Source of the DNA: Nitrospira sp.
GTDB lineage: Bacteria; Nitrospirota; Nitrospiria; Nitrospirales; Nitrospiraceae
NCBI GenBank assembly: GCA_043745235.1
Contig: JAYTTD010000090.1
Location: 50,760 to 114,759 of the forward strand
Length of the DNA: 64,000 bases
Reading direction: 5' to 3'
Shown: one piece after another, positions 19,271-28,123 of the stretch
How positions within the stretch are numbered: position 1 is the first letter of the stretch
How the letters are laid out: each line of letters opens with the position of its first letter
The notes under the pieces: generated by a model
The model's input: only the letters and a program-made list of their open reading frames with translations
Told to the model about the DNA's origin: nothing
The model's database searches: none
Made by a program: the position numbers and the translations under genes

Positions 19271-19780
19271 GTGTCAGATCTCATCATTCCTCAACCGATT
19301 CTCGACGACATGGTAGCCCACGCCAGGGAACTCGATCCCTACGAATGTTGCGGGCTCCTGGCCGGAACCAACGGAACCGTCACCCATGTCTATCGGATCA
19401 CCAATATCGTGGCGCTCGAAGGAGCCGAGAAACTGTCTTCCTTCGACCCGGCAAAGGTTGCGCACTTAGAACGACTGTCACCAGCCGAACGAGCCGAGAT
19501 CGCCTTCGTGATGGATATGCAGGACTTTTCCGCTGCGAAGAAGGACATTCGGAACAAAGGGCTCGATCTGCAAGTGGTCTACCACTCCCATCCCCACGAC
19601 CCGGCGCGCCCCTCCATCACCGACATCAAGATCGCCACCGACTACGAAGAAATCTGGCCCAAGATCAACCTGCCCATCCCCGCCTATCTGCTTATCTCCC
19701 TCATGGAAAAGTCGAAGCCAGACATTCGCACATACTGGATCAAGGGGGGAATGGTCACGCCAGCGCACATCACAACCTAG
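19271..19780 (+). CDS. JAMM/MPN+ metalloprotease (Mec+/HcyD/CysO-hydrolase type)
   Basis: 'ECCGLL' followed by the JAMM motif 'HSHPHDPARPSITD'. GTG start 3 nt after the E1 stop. Confidence 0.88.
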   Translation: MSDLIIPQPILDDMVAHARELDPYECCGLLAGTNGTVTHVYRITNIVALEGAEKLSSFDPAKVAHLERLSPAERAEIAFVMDMQDFSAAKKDIRNKGLDLQVVYHSHPHDPARPSITDIKIATDYEEIWPKINLPIPAYLLISLMEKSKPDIRTYWIKGGMVTPAHITT

Positions 19781-19903
19781 CAGGGTGCTGAAAAAACCCA
19801 CCAGCTTCGTTCTCACTTCGTTCAGAGGCTCACCGTACCGCAAGGGTACGCCTCACCTCCTCTCTCGTTGCGGCCTTGCTGGACGGTCTTTTTGAGCACC
19901 CTG
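19781..19903. repeat. family-1 palindromic intergenic element, copy 2
   Basis: Terminal inverted repeats CAGGGTGCTGAAAAAACC / GGTCTTTTTGAGCACCCTG and a central palindrome GTACCGCAAGGGTAC. Confidence 0.8.
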
Positions 19904-20075
19904 CGGGAGCCTACTTCCATTTACCATCTAAGTTCTCTCGCGCGGACATAATCTATCCAAACCCTGCAAGTGGTATTCAAAACGCCATCTCCGCTCTAGA
20001 ATTTTCAGTTTGTTTAACATTCGTTCGAGTGCGATAATGGTCTCCGAAATGATCTCATACGCAGGAGTGCTTGGA

Positions 20076-20414
20076 ATGCCATACATGCGTACAACTCTTC
20101 TTGCCGTACTCTCCAGTTTCTTCCTCGTCAGCCTGACCGCGTCCCCTAGCTTTGCCGAGGACAAAAGTTTCTACAGTCCCGTCATTCAAGTTGATAAAGA
20201 AAGCCATCGCATCTTGATTTCCACTTTTGGGTCCGTATTCTGGATCGATGCTCCGGATGCAGCCAAGCCGCACATCGAGAAACTCCCGATATCAGGCCTT
20301 GCGGATTTCGTCGTCGAGATGAGAGAGAATGGACAAGCGCCCCTGCTGAAGACCTGGAAAGTGAAATCGGGAGAGACAAGCTGCACCTACTTCGATGGGA
20401 AAACCTGCAAGTAA
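20076..20414 (+). CDS. small secreted hypothetical protein
   Basis: AGGAG RBS, then the signal peptide 'MPYMRTTLLAVLSSFFLVSLTASPSFA'. I recognise no family. Confidence 0.45.
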   Translation: MPYMRTTLLAVLSSFFLVSLTASPSFAEDKSFYSPVIQVDKESHRILISTFGSVFWIDAPDAAKPHIEKLPISGLADFVVEMRENGQAPLLKTWKVKSGETSCTYFDGKTCK

Positions 20415-20555
20415 CTTCGTTGATCGTGAAGCGTCGTTCGTCTCTCGCGACGAATCCACAGGCATGCACCAAGAGGCCAGAGGCTAGGGGGCTATTGAAG
20501 TGGAACGTGTAAAAGCCGTTAGGGATGAAAGCTGACAGGCCAGGAGCAATCGCCG

Positions 20556-20885
20556 TCAGCGACGTCCCCTGGATCCGGTTGTTAGACGAGCTTGTCTCAA
20601 TGACAGCCATTTCTTAAAGGATGACTGACTTTCTCCGGATGCTTGTCCAAGCAATAAGTTCTCGATGCTGACGTCCTCGTCAAGATCTTCCCAGTGGATA
20701 CCATATCCCTTGCCAATCAACCGCCAGTTACCTCGCTCTTTCCGTGTTCCGTGCATGAGTCGAGGAAACCAAGCCAAAGGAACAGAGATCGTCCGTCCAT
20801 CGCTCAAATCGACGCTGAGCGTATCCTCAGTCACCGTCACGTTCTCCGCGACGGGCACTTCTGCCTCAACCGTTGAAATACGCAT
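20556..20885 (-). CDS. DUF2442 domain protein
   Basis: 'LSVDLSDGRTISVPLAWFPRL...WRLIGKGYGIHWEDLDEDVSIENLL' is typical of DUF2442. It overlaps the upstream DUF4160 gene by 20 nt. Confidence 0.7.
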   Translation of the reverse strand: MRISTVEAEVPVAENVTVTEDTLSVDLSDGRTISVPLAWFPRLMHGTRKERGNWRLIGKGYGIHWEDLDEDVSIENLLLGQASGESQSSFKKWLSLRQARLTTGSRGRR

Positions 20886-21102
20886 GCCATGCCTCCATCA
20901 GCTCATTTGCGTGCAATCGTACTAACCCTTGAATTCGTCCGATTTCTGCCCGAGAGAAGCCTCCGCTCGTATGCAGCCGTATCGGCTCCAACCAAAACTT
21001 CGTGACTTTATCATCACGCTCGATATGTATGTGCATCGGCTCATCGCGATCACCCGCGTAAAAGAAAAACCGATATGGACCCTTTCTCAGTATAGTGGGC
21101 AT
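20866..21102 (-). CDS. DUF4160 domain protein
   Basis: 'GPYRFFFYAGDRDEPMHIHIERDDKVTKFWLEP' is typical of DUF4160, the usual partner of DUF2442. Confidence 0.75.
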   Translation of the reverse strand: MPTILRKGPYRFFFYAGDRDEPMHIHIERDDKVTKFWLEPIRLHTSGGFSRAEIGRIQGLVRLHANELMEAWHAYFNG

Positions 21103-21253
21103 CTACCGATCCCGCATGTTATTTCTCCCGCCTAACGCCCACGCATCTCACCAGCAAGCGTAGAGCAACCGCAGGTTGTACGGTCGCTTCCGAAAACAGA
21201 AGCGCCGAGGACGTTGGAGGCAGTCGACTACACCTCCTTGTTGGACCTAATGC

Positions 21254-21712
21254 TTAATCTGGCCCAGTCCTCAGCTCCCACTGACCACCAAATCTAGAAC
21301 GCACGTAGTATGTTGCGTTCGCCCTCGTCTCAACTTTAACGCTCCATGCTTGCTCTCGTTCTAGTTCTTCCAAAGTTCGTGGGTTAAACGTCCGCCCACT
21401 GATCACTGCTTTACCGGGAAATCTATCCCAGCACAATCGATCACCAGAACCAATGTCTCCAATTGGCTGACCATTATCAAATACCAGCAGACCAGCCCCG
21501 CCTCCGTAAAATGATGACGTTCTTGACAGGACAACTCTGGCCATCGCTGGGTTGACAGACTGAGAACAAAAATCAACTGGTGTGAAGCTTGTTGTCGAGG
21601 CACATCCTGAAATGCCGCACATAAGTATTACGAGTGATAGCCCTGAAATGCTGGCCCTCAATTTTCCTCTGGAGATGCTCTCACGCTGTAAAATATCATT
21701 GGTCAATTTCAT
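21254..21712 (-). CDS. hypothetical lipoprotein (possibly DUF2846-like)
   Basis: Lipobox 'LMCGISGC'. The rest is beta-rich. The family guess is weak. Confidence 0.5.
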   Translation of the reverse strand: MKLTNDILQRESISRGKLRASISGLSLVILMCGISGCASTTSFTPVDFCSQSVNPAMARVVLSRTSSFYGGGAGLLVFDNGQPIGDIGSGDRLCWDRFPGKAVISGRTFNPRTLEELEREQAWSVKVETRANATYYVRSRFGGQWELRTGPD

Positions 21713-21782
21713 CGCGGTTCTCCGAATGTGCGCCTTGTGGCTACGAACTTATCGTATTGATCGCTAGGTACTCGTAGTTGGT

Positions 21783-22447
21783 CTATTGCACTGGTGCTAT
21801 GCCTGGTGGTGACCACGTCGGCGCTGGCCGCGTAACAAGAGGAGAGAGCAGCATGTCAACTATAGACTGGTGCGCTACGACATCCGGCTTTATGGGATCC
21901 CCGGGAGCACTTACTACATTCGACCACTGCACCTCAGCGGAATCCAGGTTAATGACGGCCTCACTCATTAGCCTGCTATCACCTATCGGACTTGGCATGA
22001 TAACTGCCCCCACAAGATTATCTCCAACCCGAACCATACCCATGGTCGCCATGCCGACAGCCGTGCCGATGAGAATTGAACCGGTCCCACGAAGAAAATT
22101 CTGGCCGGCTGTTCGACTGAGGCCGGTCACGCCGACGTAAAGCATTCGAGAGGCCTGCGTTTTCAGCCTGATGGTAGCTGCGGATTCACGGAACTGTTTC
22201 AGGAAGTTGAAAGATAGTCACGCGCCTCGTTCACAAGAGCCTTTGCGCCTGCCTTTGACTCCTCAAGCACAACATAGTCGTCACGGATAATAGAGCCACG
22301 TCTGATGCAGACATCGGCAAGTAGCAGCACCCCACCGTTTTTGTCGAGCAATGGATCATGACCCGTCGTGATGAACTTTGGCGGAGTACTTGCGCAACCC
22401 CCAATAAGTATCAGCAACACAAGCAAACCCCATCTATATCGATCCAT
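21783..22447 (-). pseudogene. possible frameshifted lipoprotein gene
   Basis: The 82-aa lipoprotein ORF (lipobox 'LLILIGGC') stops at 22199. The frame of the next ORF (21783..22145, Gly-zipper 'GTGSILIGTAVGMATMG') is already open across that stop, so one indel would fuse them. Confidence 0.3.
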
Positions 22448-22779
22448 ACTTTCCCTTTCAATCGATGGTCAATACCGCCTACAAGGCTCAACTATGAGTT
22501 TCGCGAATGGTATGACAGCTTGACCGCTTTCCAACATCGAAGAGCTGCCACCTTAACGAGTCGGCGCAGTATCATACGTCGCATGTGCTTCGTCAAGTGT
22601 TACGCGAGCCGCAAGCTCGAAAATGTATCTATTTTCGATATGGAAAAGACAGCCGGCTGGACGACGTCATCTTAGTCTCATGAACTTCCGCTAAGAGGAA
22701 ATTAGCGCTGTGATGGTATTCCAAAATAATGCCGCAGGGCGGCAGTACACGAAAGATCGAGGAGTGACATGTCGAAAAA

Positions 22780-23097
22780 TTATAGGGTCAGACCACCTTG
22801 GTTTGTTTCCGCTACTTCTTTCTCACGTAGGTGTTTGTCCAACACAAATGTTCCAAACGGAATGACAGACGCAACCAGCGCATACAGTGAAAACATGAAA
22901 GACCATCGCTGTTTCGTATGCACTATGGCTAATAGACCAACATAGAGCAGGAATAATCCCCCGTGTATTGAGCCCACTACTCTCACGACCTCTGGCATCC
23001 CCATGAAATACTTCATCGGCATCGCAATACATAACAAGGTGAGAAACGAAATGCCTTCGGCTAAAGCTGTCATTCTAAAAGCTCTGATCTGGCTCAT
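22780..23097 (-). CDS. DUF3817-family small membrane protein
   Basis: 105 aa with 3 TM segments. 'FRMTALAEGISFLTLLCIAMPMKYF...HGGLFLLY' is typical of DUF3817. Confidence 0.7.
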   Translation of the reverse strand: MSQIRAFRMTALAEGISFLTLLCIAMPMKYFMGMPEVVRVVGSIHGGLFLLYVGLLAIVHTKQRWSFMFSLYALVASVIPFGTFVLDKHLREKEVAETNQGGLTL

Positions 23098-23180
23098 ATG
23101 TGTTTTTCTTCCTTTTCCCCGTCAAATATACAAGGCAATGTGATTGGATCAGTTCCAGTTAGTAGGAGGTCTGCACTTAT

Positions 23181-23392
23181 GAGGATGTTCAAAAAGACCA
23201 GCCTTCTCACCCACCCAACCCTAGCCCACCGAGACGCGCTTTTTCCCAAGCAAGGCCGCAGCCGAGAAAGCACCGGAGGCGTAACTTTCTCACCCACCCA
23301 CCCCGAACTGCTAACGCAGTTCTGTCCCGATGGGCTACGTTGAGGATGCTTTGGAGGTGAGAACGAAGCTGGTGGGCTTTTTCAACATCCTC
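23181..23392. repeat. family-1 element, copy 3 (inverted orientation, with internal insertion)
   Basis: Ends GAGGATGTTCAAAAAGACC / GGGCTTTTTCAACATCCTC. The right arm GTGAGAACGAAGCTGGTGGGCTTTTTCA matches the reverse complement of the left arm of copy 2. Confidence 0.7.
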
Positions 23393-23600
23393 ATTCTCCA
23401 CTACCCGCCATGTCGTCGATCAGAGGCCGGTTGATGTCGGTGCAACCGAAGCAGATGGTATCGAAGAGGAAGTCTGCATTCGCGACAAAGTTCTTCTCGT
23501 CGGTGAGTTTCTCGGCTATGACCTGCGCATAGCAGGTCTCGCAGAGCATCATCAGCCCACGCGATACGCCTACGGTTTTTCGTCCTGTGCTTCCAGCCAT
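23391..23600 (-). CDS. small Cys-containing hypothetical protein (putative zinc ribbon)
   Basis: 69 aa with CxxC twice ('CETC', 'CFGC'). I recognise no family, and coding status is uncertain. Confidence 0.3.
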   Translation of the reverse strand: MAGSTGRKTVGVSRGLMMLCETCYAQVIAEKLTDEKNFVANADFLFDTICFGCTDINRPLIDDMAGSGE

Positions 23601-23606
23601 GACGGC

Positions 23607-23801
23607 TTACACCGATCCTTTCTGCCTTGCTAGCCAAAAATCTTCTGCTTCAAGATCGATTCCACACACGGCACATTCATACACTTTCTCACCGGCCGGC
23701 AGTTGGATTTCCGTGCGATCGATTCGTCCACGGCAAACATGATAAAACCGCCCACGCGCATCCTCATCATCCAGCGGATCGCTTTCATATATCAGAACCA
23801 T
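23607..23801 (-). CDS. small Cys-containing hypothetical protein (putative zinc ribbon)
   Basis: 64 aa with 'HVC' and 'CAVC'. It lies immediately upstream of the previous small ORF. Confidence 0.3.
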   Translation of the reverse strand: MVLIYESDPLDDEDARGRFYHVCRGRIDRTEIQLPAGEKVYECAVCGIDLEAEDFWLARQKGSV

Positions 23802-23875
23802 CGGCGACTCTCCTCATACAGTGCGCTTAGTATACTGGCGGGCAAGAGCTATCCGCAACGGTCAGGCATCCGTTC

Positions 23876-24062
23876 GCAGGATGCTCAAAAAGACCGTCCA
23901 GTGCGGCCGCAGCGAGAACCTTCAATTCTTTATATCTCATTTAAGGGAAGTGGCCGAGGCTGCCCTTTACTGCGCGCATCGAACGAGCACATTCTTATTG
24001 TGCGCGTTCTGCGAGCAAGAAGGGCACCGCGCCGCCCCCGCTCCATTTTTCAGCATTCCTGC
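23876..24062. repeat. family-1 element, copy 4 (with nested GCGCG-rich sub-repeat)
   Basis: Ends GCAGGATGCTCAAAAAGACCGTCCAG / CCATTTTTCAGCATTCCTGC. The internal 'TACTGCGCGCATCGAACGAG...GCGCGTTCTGCGAGCAAGAAGG' also occurs at 10470-10640. Confidence 0.7.
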
Positions 24063-24063
24063 A

Positions 24064-25788
24064 TCAGACTTGGAATTGAGCATCATACAGTCGCGCATAC
24101 ACCCCTTCATGCCCGATCAACGCCTCATGCGTCCCGTCTTCGACGACACGTCCGTGGTCCACGACAATGATGCGATCGACGCCATGGATGGTGGAGAGGC
24201 GATGGGCAATGATGATCGTCGTCCGCCCTTTCGTGAGATCGTCCAGCGCTTCCCGAATCTTGACTTCGGTCTCCGTATCGATATTGGACGTGGCCTCATC
24301 GAACATGACGATCGGAGGGTCCTTCAGGATCACACGGGCGATCGAGACACGCTGCCGCTGCCCGACTGAGAGCTTGACGCCTCGTTCTCCGATCCAGGTA
24401 TCGTATCCTTCCGGAAGCGCCATGATGAAGTCATGCGCGCGTGCCACCTTTGTCGCTGCCTCAACCTCGTCCTGCCCGGCCTTGAGGTCACCGTACAAAA
24501 TATTCTCTCTCACCGTGCCATTGAAGAGGAATGGCTCTTGCTGGACCAGCCCGATTTGGCTTCGAAGAAAGGCCAGGGGCAGATCGCGGATATCGTACCC
24601 ATCGATGGTCACGGCTCCCTGCGTCGCATCGTAAAACCGCATCAGCAGTTTCAGCGTGGTGCTCTTTCCCGCCCCGCTCGGACCGACCAGCGCGATGCGC
24701 TCTCCCGCATGGACGGATAGCGTGACGTCGGTCAAGATCGGCGCATCCGCTCGATAATGAAACCCGACGCGATGAAAAGCGACCTCTCCTCGTACTCTCG
24801 TGACTGGTGTGCGCGCCTCCGGGCGATCCCTGACTTCCGGAACGAGATCGAGCACTTCGAACACCCGTTCACTCGCCGCCAAGGCATGCTGCAGCATGTG
24901 ATTGACGGAGTGAATCTGATTGATCGGCACATAGAAGAGCGCGAGATACGAGATGAACATCACGAGCTCGCCCACGGAAAGACGGTGCTGCAACACTTCG
25001 GCCGTGCCGAACCAAAGCACCATGGCCCCGCCAAGACTCCCGATCAGCATCATGCCTGGGGAGTAGTAGGACCAGAGGTACATGGCCTTCAACGTATCCT
25101 GCCGGCAACGATCGCTCTTCTGGTCGAATCGCTCCTGCTCGTACGGCTGACGATTAAAACCCATCGTCTCCCTGATACCTGCCAGCATGTCCTGCAACAG
25201 CGCGTTCAGTTCGGCTGACCCTTTTCGAATCGCGCGATAGTGCCCATGGACGCGTTTGGTGAAGAACGCCGCGCCCACGACCAACAGAGGAATGGGCGCC
25301 AGCGCCAACAGAGCCAGCTTCCAATTGAGCATGAACAGCATGATCATGATCCCGGTCAGCGTCAGCCCGGCCGTAATGATCTCTTCGAGCCCATCGACGA
25401 AGATGCGCTGCATGTGCTCGGTATCGTTCAAGACCCGCGACATGATCTCGCCTGTTGGGCGATTCTCAAAGAAACTGATCGATAATCGCTGAAGCGCAGA
25501 AAACACCTGGACGTGCAAATCATGGACGACTTGCTGCTCCAGTCCATTATTCAACCGAATCCGCATCGACCCGCAGAGATTCCGCAGCACATAGGCGGCA
25601 CAGAGTCCGAGAAAGACCCACAGCAGGAGCTGGGTCTGACCGGCCTGGATGACATCGTCGATGATCACTTTGATCAACCACGGAGGGATCAGCTCGAATG
25701 CGGTTGCCAGCCCGGCAAACAGGAATGTGCCGACCACCATAGAGCGGTGTGGGCTGAGATACTGGAGCACGCGAAGCAGCGTTTTCAC
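24064..25788 (-). CDS. ABC exporter, fused permease/ATPase (MsbA/ABCB-like)
   Basis: Six-TM N-terminal domain. Walker A 'GPSGAGKST', signature 'LSVGQRQR', Walker B 'IVMFDEATS'. Confidence 0.92.
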   Translation of the reverse strand: MKTLLRVLQYLSPHRSMVVGTFLFAGLATAFELIPPWLIKVIIDDVIQAGQTQLLLWVFLGLCAAYVLRNLCGSMRIRLNNGLEQQVVHDLHVQVFSALQRLSISFFENRPTGEIMSRVLNDTEHMQRIFVDGLEEIITAGLTLTGIMIMLFMLNWKLALLALAPIPLLVVGAAFFTKRVHGHYRAIRKGSAELNALLQDMLAGIRETMGFNRQPYEQERFDQKSDRCRQDTLKAMYLWSYYSPGMMLIGSLGGAMVLWFGTAEVLQHRLSVGELVMFISYLALFYVPINQIHSVNHMLQHALAASERVFEVLDLVPEVRDRPEARTPVTRVRGEVAFHRVGFHYRADAPILTDVTLSVHAGERIALVGPSGAGKSTTLKLLMRFYDATQGAVTIDGYDIRDLPLAFLRSQIGLVQQEPFLFNGTVRENILYGDLKAGQDEVEAATKVARAHDFIMALPEGYDTWIGERGVKLSVGQRQRVSIARVILKDPPIVMFDEATSNIDTETEVKIREALDDLTKGRTTIIIAHRLSTIHGVDRIIVVDHGRVVEDGTHEALIGHEGVYARLYDAQFQV

Positions 25789-25811
25789 AAGCGCAGGATC
25801 TTTACGGCGAG

Positions 25812-26342
25812 TTAAATGACGGGGACGGGATCGTGTTGCCAGTACTTAGAAAATTCGGGGAGATGTGTGAGCGTCGACATATCGGTCATCCGGTCTAAAA
25901 ACACCTTGCCGATAAGATGATCCATCTCGTGCTGAATACAGACGGCATAGAGGCCGGTCGCTTCGAAATCCATCGATTTGCCTTGACGATCCAGCGCCTG
26001 CACTCTCACGACTGACGGCCTTGTGACCTTTCCCCGCAGCCCTTCCACGCTTAAACAACCCTCCCAGTTTTCGACTTGCTGCGGACCATAGAAGACAATC
26101 TTGGGATTGATGAGCACCGTAAAGGGAAATCCGTCTTCCCCTTCACAGCCCATCACGACCAGTTGAATCGAGCGCGACACCTGGGGCGCCGCCAAGCCTA
26201 TCCCTGGTTCAGCCAGCATCGCCTGAAACAGATCGTCGATGAATTGCTGCAGGTCGTACGTGCGAATGTCGCGAGGATCAACCTTGGCCGCAACCTGGCG
26301 CAAGACTGGATTACCGAGCTTTGCAATCGTGAGCTTAGGCAT
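25812..26342 (-). CDS. def: peptide deformylase
   Basis: 'GIGLAAPQV', 'EGCLSV' and 'HEMDHLIG'. Confidence 0.95.
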   Translation of the reverse strand: MPKLTIAKLGNPVLRQVAAKVDPRDIRTYDLQQFIDDLFQAMLAEPGIGLAAPQVSRSIQLVVMGCEGEDGFPFTVLINPKIVFYGPQQVENWEGCLSVEGLRGKVTRPSVVRVQALDRQGKSMDFEATGLYAVCIQHEMDHLIGKVFLDRMTDMSTLTHLPEFSKYWQHDPVPVI

Positions 26343-26470
26343 GGACCCTACCTGTCATCCTTCTATCAAGCACCGTACAAACAATGAGACGGGATGGCAA
26401 ACTCTAAAAATATAACACAGGGTTTTTCATGCTCGCAAGGCACGGCATGGTCACACGAAACAGATAAGAA

Positions 26471-26544
26471 GGGTTGATCTGGTTTGTTTTGTTCATCTAG
26501 CTAATCTCGGTCAACCAAACAGACCAAATAAACACACAACAACT
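26471..26544. repeat. family-2 'ACCAGACAAAC'-type palindromic element, short copy
   Basis: It starts GGGTTGATCTGGTTTGTTTTGTT, as does copy 61607, and contains GGTCAACCAAACAGACCAAATAAAC. Confidence 0.65.
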
Positions 26545-26563
26545 CGGTCCCTGCGCGTCGCGC

Positions 26564-27367
26564 CTAGCGAGATCGCGCGGGCCGTTTCGGATCAGGCATT
26601 TCAAAGCTGTCCTTCTGGCCATTCCACCATTCCACCCACTCGGTTGTCCACTCTTGACGGTCTTGCTTGGTCGACGTCTCCCAATCGTGAAACTCCGTTT
26701 CATGCCGGGTCAGAATCCAGAGCGACTGCACCGCTGAGAGTGCGACAAAGCGTTCCTCATCGGCAATCATCCCGATCAGAACCGGTACCACCGTCTTCTC
26801 TCTGACATACCGAGCCTCGAATGCGGCGGCCTTCCGAATCGACGAATTCTGATCTCTCGCCATCACCTCGATTGCATCCACGGCTTTGGCCGCATCCAAT
26901 CGAACGGCCACCCGCAATGCATGTTCACGCACCCGCGGAATCTCATTCGGTTCCTTGGCCGCTGCGACAAGGGCCGGAACCGCCGAGGTTGCCTTCAACA
27001 TCGAAATCGTTTCAATGACGTTATAGCGAATGCGCGGTCCCGGCATGGTCAAGCCTTTGACCAGCACCGGCACGGATGGCTCGCCGAGGTGCACAAATTC
27101 CCCGATCGCCCAAAACTCTTGTTTGCCTTCCAATAATGGCAGGAGCGCTTCGGCTCGCTGGACCTCTTCGTCTGTCAACGGTTTTGTATTCTGCGGGACG
27201 GATTCAGCCGGGAAGTTCTGTCCCTTTGGAGGCGCCTCATAGGGTACCTGAACCGGGATGGCCCATCCTTTCCCTATCGGTTCAGCCCACAGGGTCTGAA
27301 CCATTCCCAACATCAGCGACATCAGGACGATCGCCCACCGACACGCATATCGTTGCTGCACCGTCAT
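26564..27367 (-). CDS. secreted HEAT-repeat protein
   Basis: Signal peptide after the ATG at 27367. Repeated 'VPALV...D....VR..A' helical units are typical of HEAT/PBS-lyase repeats. Confidence 0.65.
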   Translation of the reverse strand: MTVQQRYACRWAIVLMSLMLGMVQTLWAEPIGKGWAIPVQVPYEAPPKGQNFPAESVPQNTKPLTDEEVQRAEALLPLLEGKQEFWAIGEFVHLGEPSVPVLVKGLTMPGPRIRYNVIETISMLKATSAVPALVAAAKEPNEIPRVREHALRVAVRLDAAKAVDAIEVMARDQNSSIRKAAAFEARYVREKTVVPVLIGMIADEERFVALSAVQSLWILTRHETEFHDWETSTKQDRQEWTTEWVEWWNGQKDSFEMPDPKRPARSR

Positions 27368-27706
27368 CCCCTTATCTCCCCTCAATTTTCGCACTACGAC
27401 AATGAATGATTTCATACCCTACTCGCAACTACACCAGAATCAACAACGCTGCCATCAGTATTTCCCCACCACGACTGGCCCGCGTGATTCATGAAGGATT
27501 GTCGGGATATCACACAGAACGCGTTCCTCGTGGAGCGTATTTCGTTATTCGCGCGGGACTCGCGAGAAAAGCGAGACTGGCAGGAAGTTTCATTTTCGTG
27601 AGTCGCGCACGTCTAGCCCGTCTCGCTCACAACTCACCAACGCCGTGAGACTAAGTCTCCTCGCAGCAGCGCATCCGCGACTGCAGCAGCTATGTCCATG
27701 AATAGA

Positions 27707-28000
27707 TTAGAAGTCGAGTCCGACTTTGGAGTTGGAATCACGAAGATGCTTGCGAACCCGGACTTGCGCATGATGCTTGCGCAACAGCTGACGCCGAATG
27801 GCATCACGATCTTCGGCCACGATACGCACCAAACGGTCGACATCTTCTGCATGCTCCCGAACCAATTCAGACAACTTTGCCATTTGGCTTTCAAGATGTT
27901 CTAGCCGCCAGAGCGCATCTTTCCGACGGTCCACGACCGGCTTCTGAACCACCCTCTGTTTCACCAGCGACGTGACCAGTACATCCCGCTTCATACTCAC
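27707..28000 (-). CDS. hypothetical coiled-coil protein
   Basis: 97 aa, charged and helical, divergent from glgC. I recognise no family. Confidence 0.35.
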   Translation of the reverse strand: MSMKRDVLVTSLVKQRVVQKPVVDRRKDALWRLEHLESQMAKLSELVREHAEDVDRLVRIVAEDRDAIRRQLLRKHHAQVRVRKHLRDSNSKVGLDF

Positions 28001-28123
28001 TCCTTTGCTCGAATACTCACGGATACGCTTTGGCTCTCCCGCGTAGTATCGTCTCAGATCCTCGCGATGTCAACGAGTGTGCTTTCTTTCTATTTCTTCA
28101 GTGTCCTGCTACAATTCGCCGCA

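Noticed and set aside
19240-19791. A 183-aa alternative-frame ORF over the JAMM gene
   Set aside because: It is Arg-rich with no motifs. The other frame carries the complete JAMM signature.
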